A stretch of DNA of 64,000 bases from Vicugna vicugna. Its lineage: Eukaryota. Position numbers and translations under genes: made by a program. The DNA lies in NCBI GenBank assembly GCA_013265495.1, contig MU057640.1:567303-631302 (forward strand). The letters are read 5' to 3'. Shown piece by piece: positions 33,956-48,209 of this stretch (position 1 is its first letter; the number at the start of each line of letters is the position of its first letter). The notes under the pieces are model-generated. The model ran no database searches, was not told the DNA's origin, and was given only the letters and a program-made list of their open reading frames with translations.

Positions 33956-34979
33956 GTCAAAAGGAAGTTTTGCACATTTATTATACATCACCCACTTCCT
34001 GCAGTGACTCAGATTTGAGACACTAGGTCCAATTCAGAGGTTACCTAGGGGATTAAATATCTTTTTAGGAGGGAAGTGATTGCACCTGAAATCTTCTACT
34101 TTCTACCCTGGAAAAGGCTACTTTGATTCTGATGGGCAAAACACTCTTTACCTAAAGTGTGTGTTACCTCTTGACTAAGGCTTTCTTTGGAGAGACTGTC
34201 TTTGGGCTGCTTATAGGAACAGGCTGTCTAGTGTGGGGCTGTAGTTTCAGTGTAACTAAGGAGAGAGGAGACCCGGGAGACTCAGATGTCACTGGCAGGT
34301 GGTGAGGGCAGGGACTGCCTTTTGCAAATGTCTGATGGGGCAGCAGCCACGTCAGATTTATCCAAGATCTCCTTTTTAGCCCTTACTAGAGGATGCTTGA
34401 TTGTTTGGAAAGGCTCACTAATTTTTCAGATCTCAGGATACCTTTAAGTGGAGCATATTGCTAAATTCTCCTAGCTACTTCCAGGTTTCCTTGAAAGGGC
34501 AGGGGTTGGGATGGGCATTTATATGCCTGCTCCATCATCTCTGAGCTCCACTCTGTGAGCACATCTGAGGTCACCCAGATGTCCGTTTTTAGGCATAGAC
34601 TAGAAGGAGAAATATTCTTCAGGCCAGAAGTTAGAAAATCCTGTTACGTATTTTACATAAACATGGCGTGAGCAGCACGATCCCTTGGTTACCTGATCTT
34701 TCCTTACATCAGAACAGGAAGTACTTTGTTGAGAAGTGGTAACAGTGCTCATCAATGGTTTAGCACCAGTCTGACTAATACAGTTATGTTGGCTGTGCTA
34801 TTAGTGATCACTTGGCAAGGCATAATCATGGCTGAGATGGATCAGGAGGCCCTAGTGGAACACTGGCTGAAAGAATATTGTGTTGTTTATTTTTAAGTAA
34901 GGATGATACCAGGCTGTGTTATGTGGGGACTAACGTGCAAGGGCTGGGAGGTACTTCTCCACTCCTATTTAATATTTGA

Positions 34980-35360
34980 CACCACCATGTTCAAGTTAGC
35001 TGAAAATAACTGGAAAAACCAAAGGGAACCAAAAAGATGATTAACAATGTTTAAAGGGATGGACAATAAGCCCTAAAGAAAAAGTTAAAGGATTTGGGCT
35101 TGTTTAACTTGGGGAAGAGAATTAGGGGTCACTTAATAACCATTAGTATTTGTATCATGAAGAAAAAGAGACTGACCAGTTGCTTTTGGTCTCTAGAGAG
35201 GACAGAAGTACCTCGGGCTTAGAACAGGTTGACAGCCCCTTTTGACATCAAGAATTTTTGACTGTTGAGGCTGAAATGGAACCCACACCAAGCATCTTCC
35301 CTGTGTGGAGTTAGGGGCACAGGCTAGATGACCTCTTGGGGACCCGTCTAGCTCTGTAAT
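34980..35360 (+). mobile_element. CR1/L3 LINE 3' fragment
   Basis: gttaaaggatttgggcttgtttaacttggggaagagaattagggg resembles the conserved CR1 3' motif. Confidence 0.55.
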
Positions 35361-38300
35361 GTTTTGAACCGCAGCTGGGCCACTCGAGAGAGTTAGTGCC
35401 TGACTCACCACCCGGGAGTGGGAGGCATGGGGAAAATTAATCTCACGAATGCGTATTATGATCATTAACTAAAATTACATTTCTAGGCTGGTTCCTATTC
35501 ACAGTGGAGCACTGTCCCAAGCCCATACGAGGCGGGGGGCTTGTTTTGACTGTGAGGCACCAGCTGGAAAGTGAATGGGGTGGCAAGAGACATTCTCCTC
35601 CAGAGAAGCACCCCGTATGTGAAAAAGGAACAGCGAGAAGCAACAGAAAAGGACAGTAAGGCCGAAAGGCCACAAAGTGAAAATGATTCTGCTGAAAACT
35701 CTATCTGAGCTCCTCTCCAGCCCCAGTGTCATTGGACTCACCATATCCAGCACCGTCCTTGGTGCGTGGACTTCATAGTTGCTCATAGGACCTGAATATT
35801 CTCAGCTTGATTTGGGTTGAACGACTTAACTACTTTTCGTGGTTGTCCTCTCTCTTCTCCACACTTTGGTAGGGCAAGAAAGGCCTTGTTAGAAGACAAA
35901 GTTAGTTTTATATTTATACATATTAAACATAAGTTCTGCTTGGGAAAGGCAGTGATCAGGATGCTTTGGAATAACTTAGAAAAGAACTCCTATAGAATAG
36001 TTTTGCTCTGTGTTTGATTTAAAGAAGTAGCAAGGATTATACTCTATTTAGTGTGTAACGTCAACTTTCTGTGGGCCAGAAATAGAAAAGAGGGTGGGGA
36101 TGGAGGTAAGTTGCGTAAGAAGGGGTGAAGGAGGGGCGTGACGAATTACTCACATGAACGCTTAAGCTGAAACTTCTACTTGGCTGAGTTATGGGTTCAG
36201 ACAGACTGGCAGTTTGTAATCCTGAAAACTTCTTTAGTTAAAATAGATTGTTTTCCCTCTGTAGACATCAGCCTTTTGTCCATAATTGAAAAATAGATCA
36301 ATACATTTTGACCACATACTGTTACTTTGTATAATAACCCTCCAGTTATTGGTTTGCTTTATGCTGCTGGTCAATTAATCAAACATTTATTGAATGCCTT
36401 CTGTGTTTGCAATATGGTGCTAGGTTTTGCAGGACAGAAACAAGAAGCAAAGGGGAATCGAAACAAACTTTTGAGCATACTTTCTATGTGCTAGTCACCA
36501 ATAGGTGTTGGCCTGTGAAAACCATATTTAGTCCTTTCAGGTTAAGATTATTATTCCTATTTTACAGGAATGGAAATTGAGGCTCAGAGAGATGGAGTTG
36601 ACAATAGTAGTAGTCACAGCTAGTAAAGTCTGATAGTTCCCATGGAGGATTCTCTGGCTCTCAGACTCTCTCCACCATATAAGAAACTTTTTCTGTTCAT
36701 GAGGAGAGACAGGTGGTTGGTATATTATTTAAGACAAGACCATTTCTAATTAAGTGCCAAGTTGGTGCAAAACGTGAGCATCAGGCGGGCTCAGCAAAGG
36801 GAGTTAGGTGGGCAAGCAGGCCAAAGTGGGCGGGGTGGTCTTCATGGAAAGTTGAGTGGAGTCAGGTGGGCAAAGAGCAGGCCGACCACTGACGGCAGCA
36901 GTGGGAAACACCCGAACAAAAGCTCAGGCGTGTGTGTGACGCTGGAGGTTTGATGCCAGAGCAGAGATGAGCCTGAACGGAGTGGGGGGGGAGCTCCGGG
37001 GCGGTGGTGGGAAGTCATAGGGATGTAAGGAGCGTCTGCATGGTGTGACCACAGCAAAGGAAACAGGAATGGCAGGAAGTCAGGGGCGTTGTGAGCTCTT
37101 GAGCAGGAGACTGTGATGTTTAGGATGGTGATATGAGTACAGCCTCACTGTGCATGTCAGGAAGTTTGGGTTCGTATCTGCTCCCCGCCACCAGGATGCC
37201 TCTGACCCTGTCGTGGCTGTAGGATCCTAGCCCTTGTGGAGAAAAGTGATCAGCATTCCTTCCAAATGAGTTGTAACAGAACCCCAGTGTATCCCATCTG
37301 CTGTATTGATAGGTGCCCAGTTGATGAAACGTTCATCTTGCTTAGTATCAAACGATTCCGTGGGCATTTTCCACTAAGCATATTCTGAGACCAGAGAAGC
37401 TGCTGTTATACTGCCGATGGGGTTGTAATGCATCTGGGGAAGAGGGTGGGGTATTTCAAAAGGCTGACTGGCCCCAGAGAGCTTTGTATCTGAGAGACCA
37501 ATTGGCATTAGGGATCAAAATCTGTGATTGTCCTCCTAGTCAAGTTGGAGAAAGGGGTTATTTGAAAAAGTACCCTTTAGACTGAAAGGTCAATGAATGT
37601 CATTGAGGAAAATTGAAGAGACCAGGTTTAGATTCTGGCCATGGCCCTTGTTTGGGTGTGGAGGCTCCTTTCAGTACCACTGTCTGGACACCCTTAGCTG
37701 ATGGACATGTTGGAGGGTCAAGCAGCTGAGAGACTGCAATCCCTTGTCCTCACTTCCATTTCCATCTCCCGTGTTCATCCTCCACACTTCATCTTGTTGA
37801 TAGATTCCTCATTGGCCTCTAAGGCTGGAAGAATTGTAGTTATGTGTGAGGAATATGGATTGTGAGTCCAAAGATCATGGGCCATCTTCATGGTGGTTAA
37901 GAACAGCTGGCTCTTCCTGACATGCTAAGTAACCACCACCTTCTCAATGGAATCTTCCTGGCAGGAGTTACTGTCCCACTTAGCAGATGAGAGACCAAAA
38001 CTCAGCAGGGTTGAGTGACTTGGCCAAAGCTACACAGAAGGGGTAGGGCCCAGACTGGACTCCAGAACTTCTTTCTGGTATTTACACGAGTGTATTTACC
38101 ATTGCTTATTAGTCACCTGTAATGTTCAGTGACAACAGCCTTGGCTTAGGCATGGCTCAAAGTGGCAGAGCCCTAGGCTGAAAAGGTTATCTGAAAGCAG
38201 AGTTGAAACCCGCAATAGAATAATATCCACCTTCCCTCGAAAAATGATTGGATGCTTTCCCCTCCCACCTCCCAACATTTATGCAGCACGTGGGCCTCAT

Positions 38301-41300
38301 ACAGTGCCGTCTCACCAAACTCTTTCAAAATCGCTCTTTCCTTCATCTGCCTTCAGACTGTAACCTTCTGCAGATCTGGTACAGCCGACGTTCCAGGGCC
38401 GAGCGTTAATTGCGTCTAGTGCACTGTTCTGTGTCTGTCTCATGCAGCCACCTGCATTGCCTAGGGACTGGCTTGAAATTTCACTGTGCGCCCCGGCAGA
38501 GAACACCCCGGGCCCGCCTCTCATGGTGCATGAGGTCTATCACAGGCAGCCCTCAGAGCTGGTTTTGCCCTGCAGAGGCTGAGAAGGTTGGCTTTAGACA
38601 GTCTCTGCCTGGTGATTGGCGCAGGGAGACAGATCTTCAGAGACAGCAACTTGCCCTCTCTGCTCCCTCTCCATTAATTCCAGGAAACTCTGCAGCTGCT
38701 CTGCCTACTCCCCCGTCCTTCTGGTCTCTCTGCTGTGCTAATCACAGCTCATTTCTGTTGCGTGCCTCATTTGGGGGAAGAGCACTCCAGGGCTCCCAAA
38801 ATGTGAAGAGGGAAATTAAGGACGTTTGGCCAAATGAGTCAGCCCATCGCCATGGGGACTGCGTTCCTCCTCCCTAGAAAGGCTCCAGTGCCTTGTTCCA
38901 GGGCTCACTGGGCGAGAGTTTCCCCTTGGGCTTTTCCTGGGACCAGGTGGGGCTGGCTTTGTATTCTAAGGAGAGAGGGGAAGCCGGCTTACTGAGCACC
39001 AACTCCATGTCATCATAGGTTCTCTGATCTCCCCACCTCCTTTAACAACCTGTGATGTCCGGCTGTCTTACAGTGAGGGAACTGAGATGGAGAAGGGTTA
39101 AGTGGTAATTTGCCTGAAACCAGGCAAATGCAAGTGTCTATTTGAATTCAAAGGCTGTGCTCTTTCTTTCCTTTCCTTTTCCCCCCCTTTCTTTCCTTTT
39201 TAACCATTGCCTAGGGAGGGGGACCCTCGCTCGTCCTTCCCCTCCTTCCTTAAACCATGGGCTCTGGGCATCTGTTCATTCTTGTTTCCTCACTTCCAAC
39301 CTCCTCTGAGAACCTTCCCTGTAGTGACAAAAATCCCACTGGCTCCTGGGCGAATCCATCCTTGCCAGGAGTCCTGTTCCCCATTGGCTGGCCAGCACTG
39401 TGGTCTTAGCCGTACGCCAGTGAATCCAGGTTTCCCAGCAAGGACAGCCTGGGCAGTTGTAAAGAGCCAGCTGCCCTGGCCAGGCTCCCTTGTGCCAGAC
39501 AGCTCTGTCGGACCACGTTAGGGGGTTATGAGCCTGTCAGGAGGAGAGCAAAGAGCTCCCTCTCACTCCCAGGCAGGGCTCTTTTCCTTTCCTGGGATCT
39601 CTTTGCCTTTCATTACTTCTTTTTAAAGTCCCCAGGCATCATTTGGTTGACCTGCTTCCAAAGAAATTCAGTCTCCATCTTTGTAACTAAGGAATCCAAC
39701 CTGGTATTGGCCAGATGATCTTGAAAGTTCCAGGGTGCCATTTTAGTGAGAATGGGACTTAAAAAAAATTTACCTTTTTCTTCCATCCCCCTGGTTTCCT
39801 GCCTCATCCCCACTGTCCAAACAGGAGAATGTTTCTTGGGAGAGTCCCCCTTCTGTGAAAGCCTTTAGAGCTATCCCTTCTGGAAACTTCTCCTTCCCAG
39901 AAGGCTGTGGAAAAGGGAGCTGGATGCAGAGAGGACAGTATCTAGGAATATTCTGGCTGCAGGGTTTTGATGTGCATTCATCCTTCTGGAAGGCAAGGTC
40001 AGGGAGGAGTCGGCTGGCAAGGCCCCAGGGCGCTTGTCTGCTGTGGTGTCTGAACAGAAGCAGGGGCAGCCCTGGGAGCAGGATGCCAAGCTGCCAGCAT
40101 GCTCAGGCACACTCCCAGGGGCCAATCCTCACTGCGGAGGACATAGGAGACTTGGGTGAGCATCCCAGCCCTGCGGCCATCTTGCCCTGTGACGCTGGGC
40201 ACGTTGCTTCACCATTTGGGGGCTCAGTTTCCTTGTATTTTTTAAAGAAGAGATTGGACCAGGTGGTCCAAGGCTCACTCTGGTGCTGACAGTCAGAGGC
40301 TCGAGTGGATCACGTCAGGAACATGACATTGTGCTGTCCTGTATGAGAAACTGGTTTGCATTTTAACTGTGGCTTTTTGGAGGTCAGGTGTTTAAGCCAC
40401 TGGGGTTGCTTCAGTGGTGGCAGTTTCGGGCACTGTTACAGGGGTCTGTGGAGCAGAGATGGCAGTTTATATCCGCGCTCCCTGCCCCTGCAACCCAACA
40501 TGACCACTAATCATGTCTTGGAACTAGATGCCGTCTCTGTCCAATCTCTGTCCGCCCACACCTGTGACTCCCCCGACCCCAAGCTCCACCCACCTCTTCC
40601 CTGACTGAAGAGGCAGACGGAGACCGGCTGCATTAGGGTTGGACGGGGCATCTTCCCTGTGGGTCCGGGACCCCTGTGGGGTGCACACCTCCTGAGAACC
40701 ATCAGCCTCTCCCAGCTCTGGCCTTCCAGGGTCAGGCCCCACTGTCCCACCCGCTCGGCCCATTTCAGACCAGGCTGCATTGGCCCCACATCCTGCCCTG
40801 TCCTAGGCTGTCGAGTGTCGAGAAGAGGGCTCAGACCTGATCCGATAAAGGAGGAACCAGAAACACAGGAGAGTCATTGCCACGATCTCAGAGCTCCCCG
40901 GAGCCCTGCAGGCGTGAGGCTCTGGACTCCCAGTTGAGTGTTGGCTGCCTCTCCGGGCCACTGCCCCCTCTATCGGGGCTCTGTTTTGCCCCTTTTGGTT
41001 TCAGGGAGCTAATGAACTTCTTTGCCTTTTAAGCCCTTCCAATTCCTCACCTTTAACTGTTAGGGCGGGGTTTGGAGATGGCCTTGACCTGGTTTTGCCC
41101 CAGGATAATTCGGAAGTGCTTTTAATCCCACATCCTAGATTAGCTGCCTGGGCTGGGACAAGCAGTTCCCACAGATCCTCATGCCACCCTGCTGAGTCCC
41201 CTCAAGGGCAGCTCGGAGTGTGGACGGGGAGGAAAGTGGGACCTCGGCGCAGGTGGGCATCCCCCTGACTGGGGAGGCCTTGGGGTAGTCAGTGCTCTCT

Positions 41301-42154
41301 GGGGGGATGCTCGTGGGTGCCCCCCGGCCCCTGCATGTCAGGAAAAGGGTCCTCCCCACTGCCTGTTTCCTGTGGCCCAGTGGTGTGGTGGTGACCCGCC
41401 TGGAGATTGGGATAAGACGTGGGTTTACATCTTGCCTCTGCTACCACCTTACTAAGTCGTCTTGAGTAAATTCCTTCACTGCTCTGAGCTTTAGCTTCCA
41501 TCAAATGGAAACAGTGACACACGAGTCACAGGTCGTTTTTAGAATTAAATGAGGAAATGTGTTCAGAGTGCCTAGCACCCAGGAAGCACGTTGATAAATG
41601 GTAACCATTAGTAGTCCTAGTACTCTTACCCCTCTAGGGACGACTCAGAGAACTGAGTTGCTGCATCTTTTTAAGAATTCAGCCAGGATTCTGGTTGTGT
41701 CTCCTGAATAAGCAAGGATCAAAATCTCTTTTCTGGGTTCTTAATTTCATTCTCTTACCCATTCCTTCTAGCTGCCATCTTTTTTAAATCTCTCTTCTTT
41801 CTTTGTCTCTTCTCTTCCTCCCCCCAAGATTTACTAATTCTTCCTCTTCTCACTTTCTCTCTCTCCTCTGTAGTCATGATTCTGGAACCTGTGATGACCT
41901 CTTTTCTTTACTTATTCATGATCCAAAATGCATCCTGGAGATTTGGAAGGCTGGTGCCACCAGCTTTTCTACTTTCTGGGAGTTCTACCTCCCACCCCTG
42001 GGACGATACTGCAGCCACCGCCCTCCACCACCCCAAATGTAGGCTCCCCTCCTGGCTTCAGGGTCCCCACCATCCCTTGAGATGGGAGTTTTCCCACAAT
42101 GATCCTTTGCCATCTTGGATCTTTCTTATTGTCTATTTGGGTTCCCAACCAGCG

Positions 42155-42700
42155 TGGCAAGTGGATATATGAGTCTGGAACTCAGGGGAGAGGTTTGTGC
42201 TGGAGATATCAGTTTGGGAGTGACAAGTGTGTAGATAATATTTAGGGGATGTGAGTCTAACTAGATAAAAAGAGTCTGGAATAAGGAGAAGGATCCAGCC
42301 AAGGAGACAGAGAAAAGACAGCCGGGGGAGGGGGACAATGGCAGGTGATTGTGCTGAGGGGCGAGTGTGCAGAAAGTAGGGTGGAGGGCACTGGCCCTTT
42401 CAAGAAGTTGGGCTAAAAAGCAGGAATTGGGTCCTCGGTGGAAGGGGATGCTCAATCACGGTCTCTTTGAAAGATGGGTGCTCTTACAGCGTATTTTATA
42501 TGCTGGCAGAATGGTTGACCAGAGAGAGAAATTGATGATGCAAAAGGGAATTATGGCAGGAAGAAAGTTCTTAGGGAGGTGAGAGGTCGGGATCCAGGCA
42601 CAAGTGAGGCACTGGCCGTGGGAAGGATCTGGAAGAGTTGTTCTTGGTAACGGGAGGGAGACATGCATAGGGGCACAGGTCCAGGGGGATGGGTGGAAGT
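42155..42700. mobile_element. L2 LINE fragment
   Basis: gtggatatatgagtctggaactcaggggagaggtttgtgctggagatatcagtttgggag. Confidence 0.6.
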
Positions 42701-45700
42701 GCGTGGAGAAGATGAGGACGTTTCATTCTTATGACTTATATGTTTTTTCAACTAAATAAGAAGAGTGAGAGAAAGGAATAAGAAGTATGGGAGATTTGAG
42801 AGGATGGGGCAATGTGGGAGAACGGCTTCACGAGAGATTTATAGGAGTGCTGCCAAGACGGTGGTCACTATTGTATGGGGACCGGTTAGCACTGTGGTGT
42901 GATTTTCTCTTCCTGGGTGCAGCATGGAGCTGGTGGAGGGCTGGGCTTCACTGGAGTTGGGGCGAGTAGGAAAGAGGGAGAGAAGGGTGAGCAGATATAT
43001 ACAAGGGTGTGGTTTCAGGGATGGAGATGGGGTCTATGGATACAGATGTACGAGAGGCGATGGCAGAGAGCGCGGTATGTGGTGAGAAGTGGCGAGATCA
43101 GTGGGTCGGAGCCCCTGAGCCCACGAATTGATGGCATCCTCAGTAAGTTAAGACCACGCTGGCTATCACTAGCTATGCTCTTTTGATTTGGGCGCAGGCA
43201 TATCCCTCTTAAAATAATTGAATAGACATTAAAATAGGAAATGGTGAAAAAGCAATGCTTGTTCTGGGGCTGTTGAATTCGCTCTTCGTTCAGTGAGTGT
43301 AGTTTAATGAGGTTGCAAAGATCTTCAGTGGTTCATGGCGACACGAGTGGAAATGATGTCTTACCTCTTTCCTACTCCTGTAGATCAGCCCCACAAACAA
43401 TGGGATGGGCACTTGTGTTTGTTCTTATTGGCACAAAGGAAATATTCTAAGTGCTTTGTCATCTGAAAGGCCTTATCTTGGGGAGAGAGTGTATGTTGCC
43501 TGTTTCAAGCTGCTGAGGGGAAGCCAAGGCCTCCTGTTTATGCACAAGACCCACAGGTCTCTGGCAAACAGAACTGCTATCAGGAAGGCAGCTTATGCCT
43601 GGACACTGGCCAGTATGAATTGATGTCCTTTGTATCCAACAATCACAGGACTGTCTGAAACACTTAAGAGTATGTTGACAGTAGGCTATGAGGTTGAGAG
43701 AAATACAGGGTTTCTGGGAATGGGAATGGAGGTTTATTTGTGCCAAAAAAAAAGTGAAAGAGTGGTAAAACCTTGCCTGAACAAAGAATGTTTCCCACTT
43801 TAACAGAGCAGTAGCACATACCCTATCGCCGTGATCCTCACAAACAAGGACGAGGTGGGCAGGAAAGCACCTTCGGAGCCCTCATTTGACCAAGGTGGAC
43901 TCAAGGTCAGGGTGGCTGGCAGACTTGCCCGTGGTCCCACACGCCTGCACCGTGTCCCAGCCTGCTGGTGTGTAGGCGCCTCCAGGAGAGTCTAGGAAGC
44001 AGACGGTCACCAAGTGCAGCCCCAGGACCCCGCATCAGGAGCTGAGGGTTTAAAACATCTGCCCCAGTTCTCTAAAGCTGGAAAGCCACTGGGTCACCAA
44101 AGTGGCATTGCTGGGGATGTGGGAAAACCAGCAACTGGTATTTCCTCTCTAAGGTCTTCGTTCTCTAAGGGAAAAGGAAAAACTCCCCCTCAAGGCAAGG
44201 ACAGTGAAAGAGGTGGGCTCTTGGGATGTATGTTGAAGGAAGGGAGCAGACATCCGTCTTCAGGGGGATTGAGAGACTGGGTATAGGCACCTCGGTGGTT
44301 GAGAACCTGAACAAGGGAAACTGATTTAGGTCAGCGCACACAGGGGCTTCGTCCACAAAGCAGCTTTCGACTTGCCACGCCCATTGCAGCCGTGGAGCTC
44401 CGCCCTGGGCGGTGGCTGTGAGGGGCTGCTGGGGGAGGCCATGAGCATCTTTCCTGATGTCATTGTTACAGGTGGCCCACTGCGGGCGCCCCGGGTGTGC
44501 ACTGGGCGTGGGGGTTTACCCAGCCTCTCAGCACACTGGTTTCCTTGTTTGCACTGGAGAGCAGTAATGTCTTCACAGAAGTGGGTTATTTGGGCTGGAC
44601 TTGAAGGGTGAATAGAAGTCCCAAGGGCAGGCAGGAGTGGAGGTGATATTTCATGAATCCATTTATTCATCCATGGAGTGATGAATTCCCTCATTCAGTG
44701 AGGGTCTTCTTGCTGGAGGAGTGGGGAGGTAAGTCAGATTAGAGACAAGGAAGACCAGGTGAGAACCCCAGAAAGGGAGATGGGGAGGAATTTAGGGCAG
44801 TGCATCTTGTTAAAGTGGGGAATTAGCTTCGTAGGCCTGGGGTGGGTGTTTCACAAGCCCCCAGGTAATTCTCACGCGGCTGGTTCATGGACCACACTTT
44901 CTGCTTGACGGATTTGGCTGTGAATGGGAGTGGAGAGACAGGACAGAGAGACCTTTGTATACAAAAGTGTGAAGTGCAAAAGAAAAAGCAGGCTTTTTGT
45001 GTGGGGGTGGTGAGGGGAGGGAGGGTTATGGCAAGTACGTTTCCATGTGACCGTCGCATAGGGTGTAGAGATGGTTGGGTCAGTGGTCATGAAAGAAGAT
45101 AAATCTGAAAAAGGCAGTTGTGACCAGGCAGCAAAGAGGCTTGTAATACTAACAAGCTTATTTCCCGCCCTGGGCAATGAAGGATATAGGAATTACTTAA
45201 GGAGAGGTGGGTTGGTACCTCATAACTGATGAAGTAGAAAAAAAAATTTACTGCTATTGAAAGAATTCTTTCTGGAAAGGGTCTTTCAGATGATTTTCTG
45301 TGAGCACAGAAGTATGTGACCGCAGGAATACTGTCTGTAAGTCCAATCACAAAACAAGGCTACCACTCGGTTTGTGGTCCTAGTTGTTTTTATAGGGTTT
45401 CTGACTCACAGAAAGCGAAACAGGAGTTAAATATCTGTTTGGTGACCTTAAGGTTTGAATCCTTAATTTTCACATGAGACTTTTAACCTGTTAAGCTTAA
45501 CAGCTTCTAGCTGAGAAGTAGCAACTAGATTTCTTCTTGTACACAAACTCATAGGCTGGTCATGGTTGACTGGAGTGCTGTGTGGAGAAGGAGCCAAAGA
45601 TCTTAGTGTGAGGAGTGAAGAGAATGTTGCATTGATTAGTGATGTCTGCCACGAGTATAGGATGGGAGAGTGGCATGTGTGCCACATATTTAGCTCTCTC

Positions 45701-47479
45701 TAAAGGGAGGTCAGATTTCTGGTGATGAATATCCTTTTTTTTTTGGTAATGAATATCCTAGTTCTCTCACACCTATTCCTTGGGTGAACTAGAGCCATTT
45801 CAGAGCTCCTCAGTGCCTGAGTTCCCCTGGTTATGGAATTGCGTTGATCACCACTTATCCAGAGGGGCTTTGTGAATCTTCAAACAGCTGTGAAGCTCCT
45901 GTCTACATTTACAGAATACCAGGAAAGGCTCTCCTTTGGCATTACTCTAATATCGATGGGTGTTTTGGTACCAAATAAACTATGTGTCTTAGGGCATCAT
46001 TTCTATTAAATCTGAAGACAGATGCTGGTAACTGGAAATAGCCATTGATTTGCTTTCTCTTGTACTATCTCAGCTCCCTAATTTATCCAGAGGGAAAAAC
46101 AAAGCCCATGTAAAATCAACTTCTCTAGCTTTCTAAATAAACAGCGAGATCAATTCTCATTCATGAATTTGTTGGATAAACATTTGTTTGAGTGTAAGGA
46201 AAAGTCAGATTAATCTTAGATGAGAATTTGACGGCTGGAAAATGATCTATGAATTGGACTGAATGCCCAGAGTTGCAGGACGAGGGGAGAGCTGGTGGTG
46301 CCTTTGTGCTGGGAGTGGGAAGCCAATGCTGAGTTAATGCAAAGCCAGACAGATGGTGCTGGGTTTTGATGGACTCCCATGGCACCCGGGGATGTTTCTC
46401 CTGTAAGTAGGGTTGGTTCAGTGTGGTTTTTATTTCCTTCTTATTGAGGATGTTGAAGGATATGGGGGACCCCAGGGGCTCAAGGAGCCGGGGTGAGAGG
46501 CTTTGGGGGGAGCTGGTTGTCACCACCATCATCCTCATTCCCCATTCTCCTGCCATCACCATTGGAAAGTGGACTAGTGATGTGGGGGAACCGGGGGGTG
46601 AAGAAGGAAAAGGATTAAAGGGGGCTGGTGAACCTTTGCTGGGGCTTCAGGGTGAGGGGTAGGGTTGTAGGGCATCTTGATTGTGGTGCAAAAAGGGGGG
46701 CCCTTTCTGTCTGCTCTTTTGTTCTCCTCAATTAGGTGAGTAAGGAACATTCCTATCCTTTCTTGACTGACAGCGTAATGGAAGTGTCGGCTGATGCAAA
46801 ATTGGCTTTGGATGCCAGATGTCTTTTTGTGCTCCTCTCAGGGGCTCTACTGCAGGAGCTGGTGATGCGCCATCCATTCAGGGCAGCTCCAAAAGGGATA
46901 ACTGGCCCAGCAAGGCTGAGTGGGAGGGGAAGGTGGGGGGATGGGGAGGTGGGGAGAGGGGAAGGAAGGACACCTCCCCACTCCAGCCTCTGGCAGAGGA
47001 GCTGCTGCCAGTGAGGTCTTGGGACCCCTGTTGAGATTCTTGGAAGCCGAAGCCCAGTGGTGCCGCCACGGGCTGCTGACCTACTTCCGGCAGCCTCCAG
47101 GGCCCCTGTGTGTGGGCTGGACTGGCTCACTCCTGGGCGATTCTTCCCCAGGGTTTTCCAGGATTAGTCACTGCCAGATGGTGAGGACTCAAGGCCCTGC
47201 CTCGCGTGAGCAAGCCCGGCTTCTTGAGGGATTTCGCTGGAGGCATGGAACACTGAGGCCCAAAAAGGCCTGAGGGGACAACTAGTCCCCTTTGTGTGGT
47301 ACAAATTGAGGAAACTGAGGCACAGAGAAATTCAGTGGCCTGCATTGCTGTGCCTTAGCAGAATTCTTGTGAATAAAAGGGGAAAATGCTGTTACATTTA
47401 ACCTCTTAAAGTAGGGAGCTGAACTTTAGCTGGGCCGCTACATTTGGGCTGGCCATCTTGGATCATAATGTAGTGAGAG

Positions 47480-47690
47480 ACCATGGCGGGGAGTCGAGGA
47501 CTGGAGTGTGAAGACACGGCTTCTAGGCCTGGCATCACCTCTTGCTGTCTACCTGGGCTGTTCTGAGCCTCAGTTTCCTCACCTGTAAATCAGGAATATT
47601 TATATCTGCCTGGCTTGCCTCACACAATTATTGTGGGAAATCAAAGGAAACCAGTGACTAGAAGGGTGTTTAATTGAGAACGTTATGAGA
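47480..47690 (+). mobile_element. MIR SINE
   Basis: tctgagcctcagtttcctcacctgtaaa core. Confidence 0.7.
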
Positions 47691-48209
47691 ATTATCATTA
47701 AGATGTCCAATCGTGGCTTTCTTTAGGCCAGAATACTGGCTGTTGGTGGCCACTTTGCTCATATCTGTTTGTGGAACTTCTAGGAAGTCCCTGACTTTCT
47801 AAGATGGGGGACTGGTTCCAGGGAGCCTACATGGAAAGCTTGTTGGAGGTGAGAGAGAGGCTCAAGAAGGAGGAAGGAGGGTGGAGCAGGGTGAGGGTGA
47901 GACCAGGATACAGGTCAAGATCAGAGGCCAAAGATGGCAGCTTCTGTGGTGGAGAGGTCCCCTTTGGCCCACACTGTGCAAATAGGTTGGGCCCAGGAAG
48001 CTTTGGACACACTCTAGTTGACTTGTGAGATTTCACACCTTTTCACTTCTTTTTTTTCAGTCATCTCCACGTTGTTGTGTAAATTACCATTGTTCAGCTC
48101 AGCACGGGCCCTTGCCGTGGCTGGGACTCTGCCTAAGCAGGAGTCCCGTCAAATGTCTGGTTTGTCTAGAGCCTTCCCACCAGACCCCTCACTCCTCCTC
48201 CTTTGCCAC

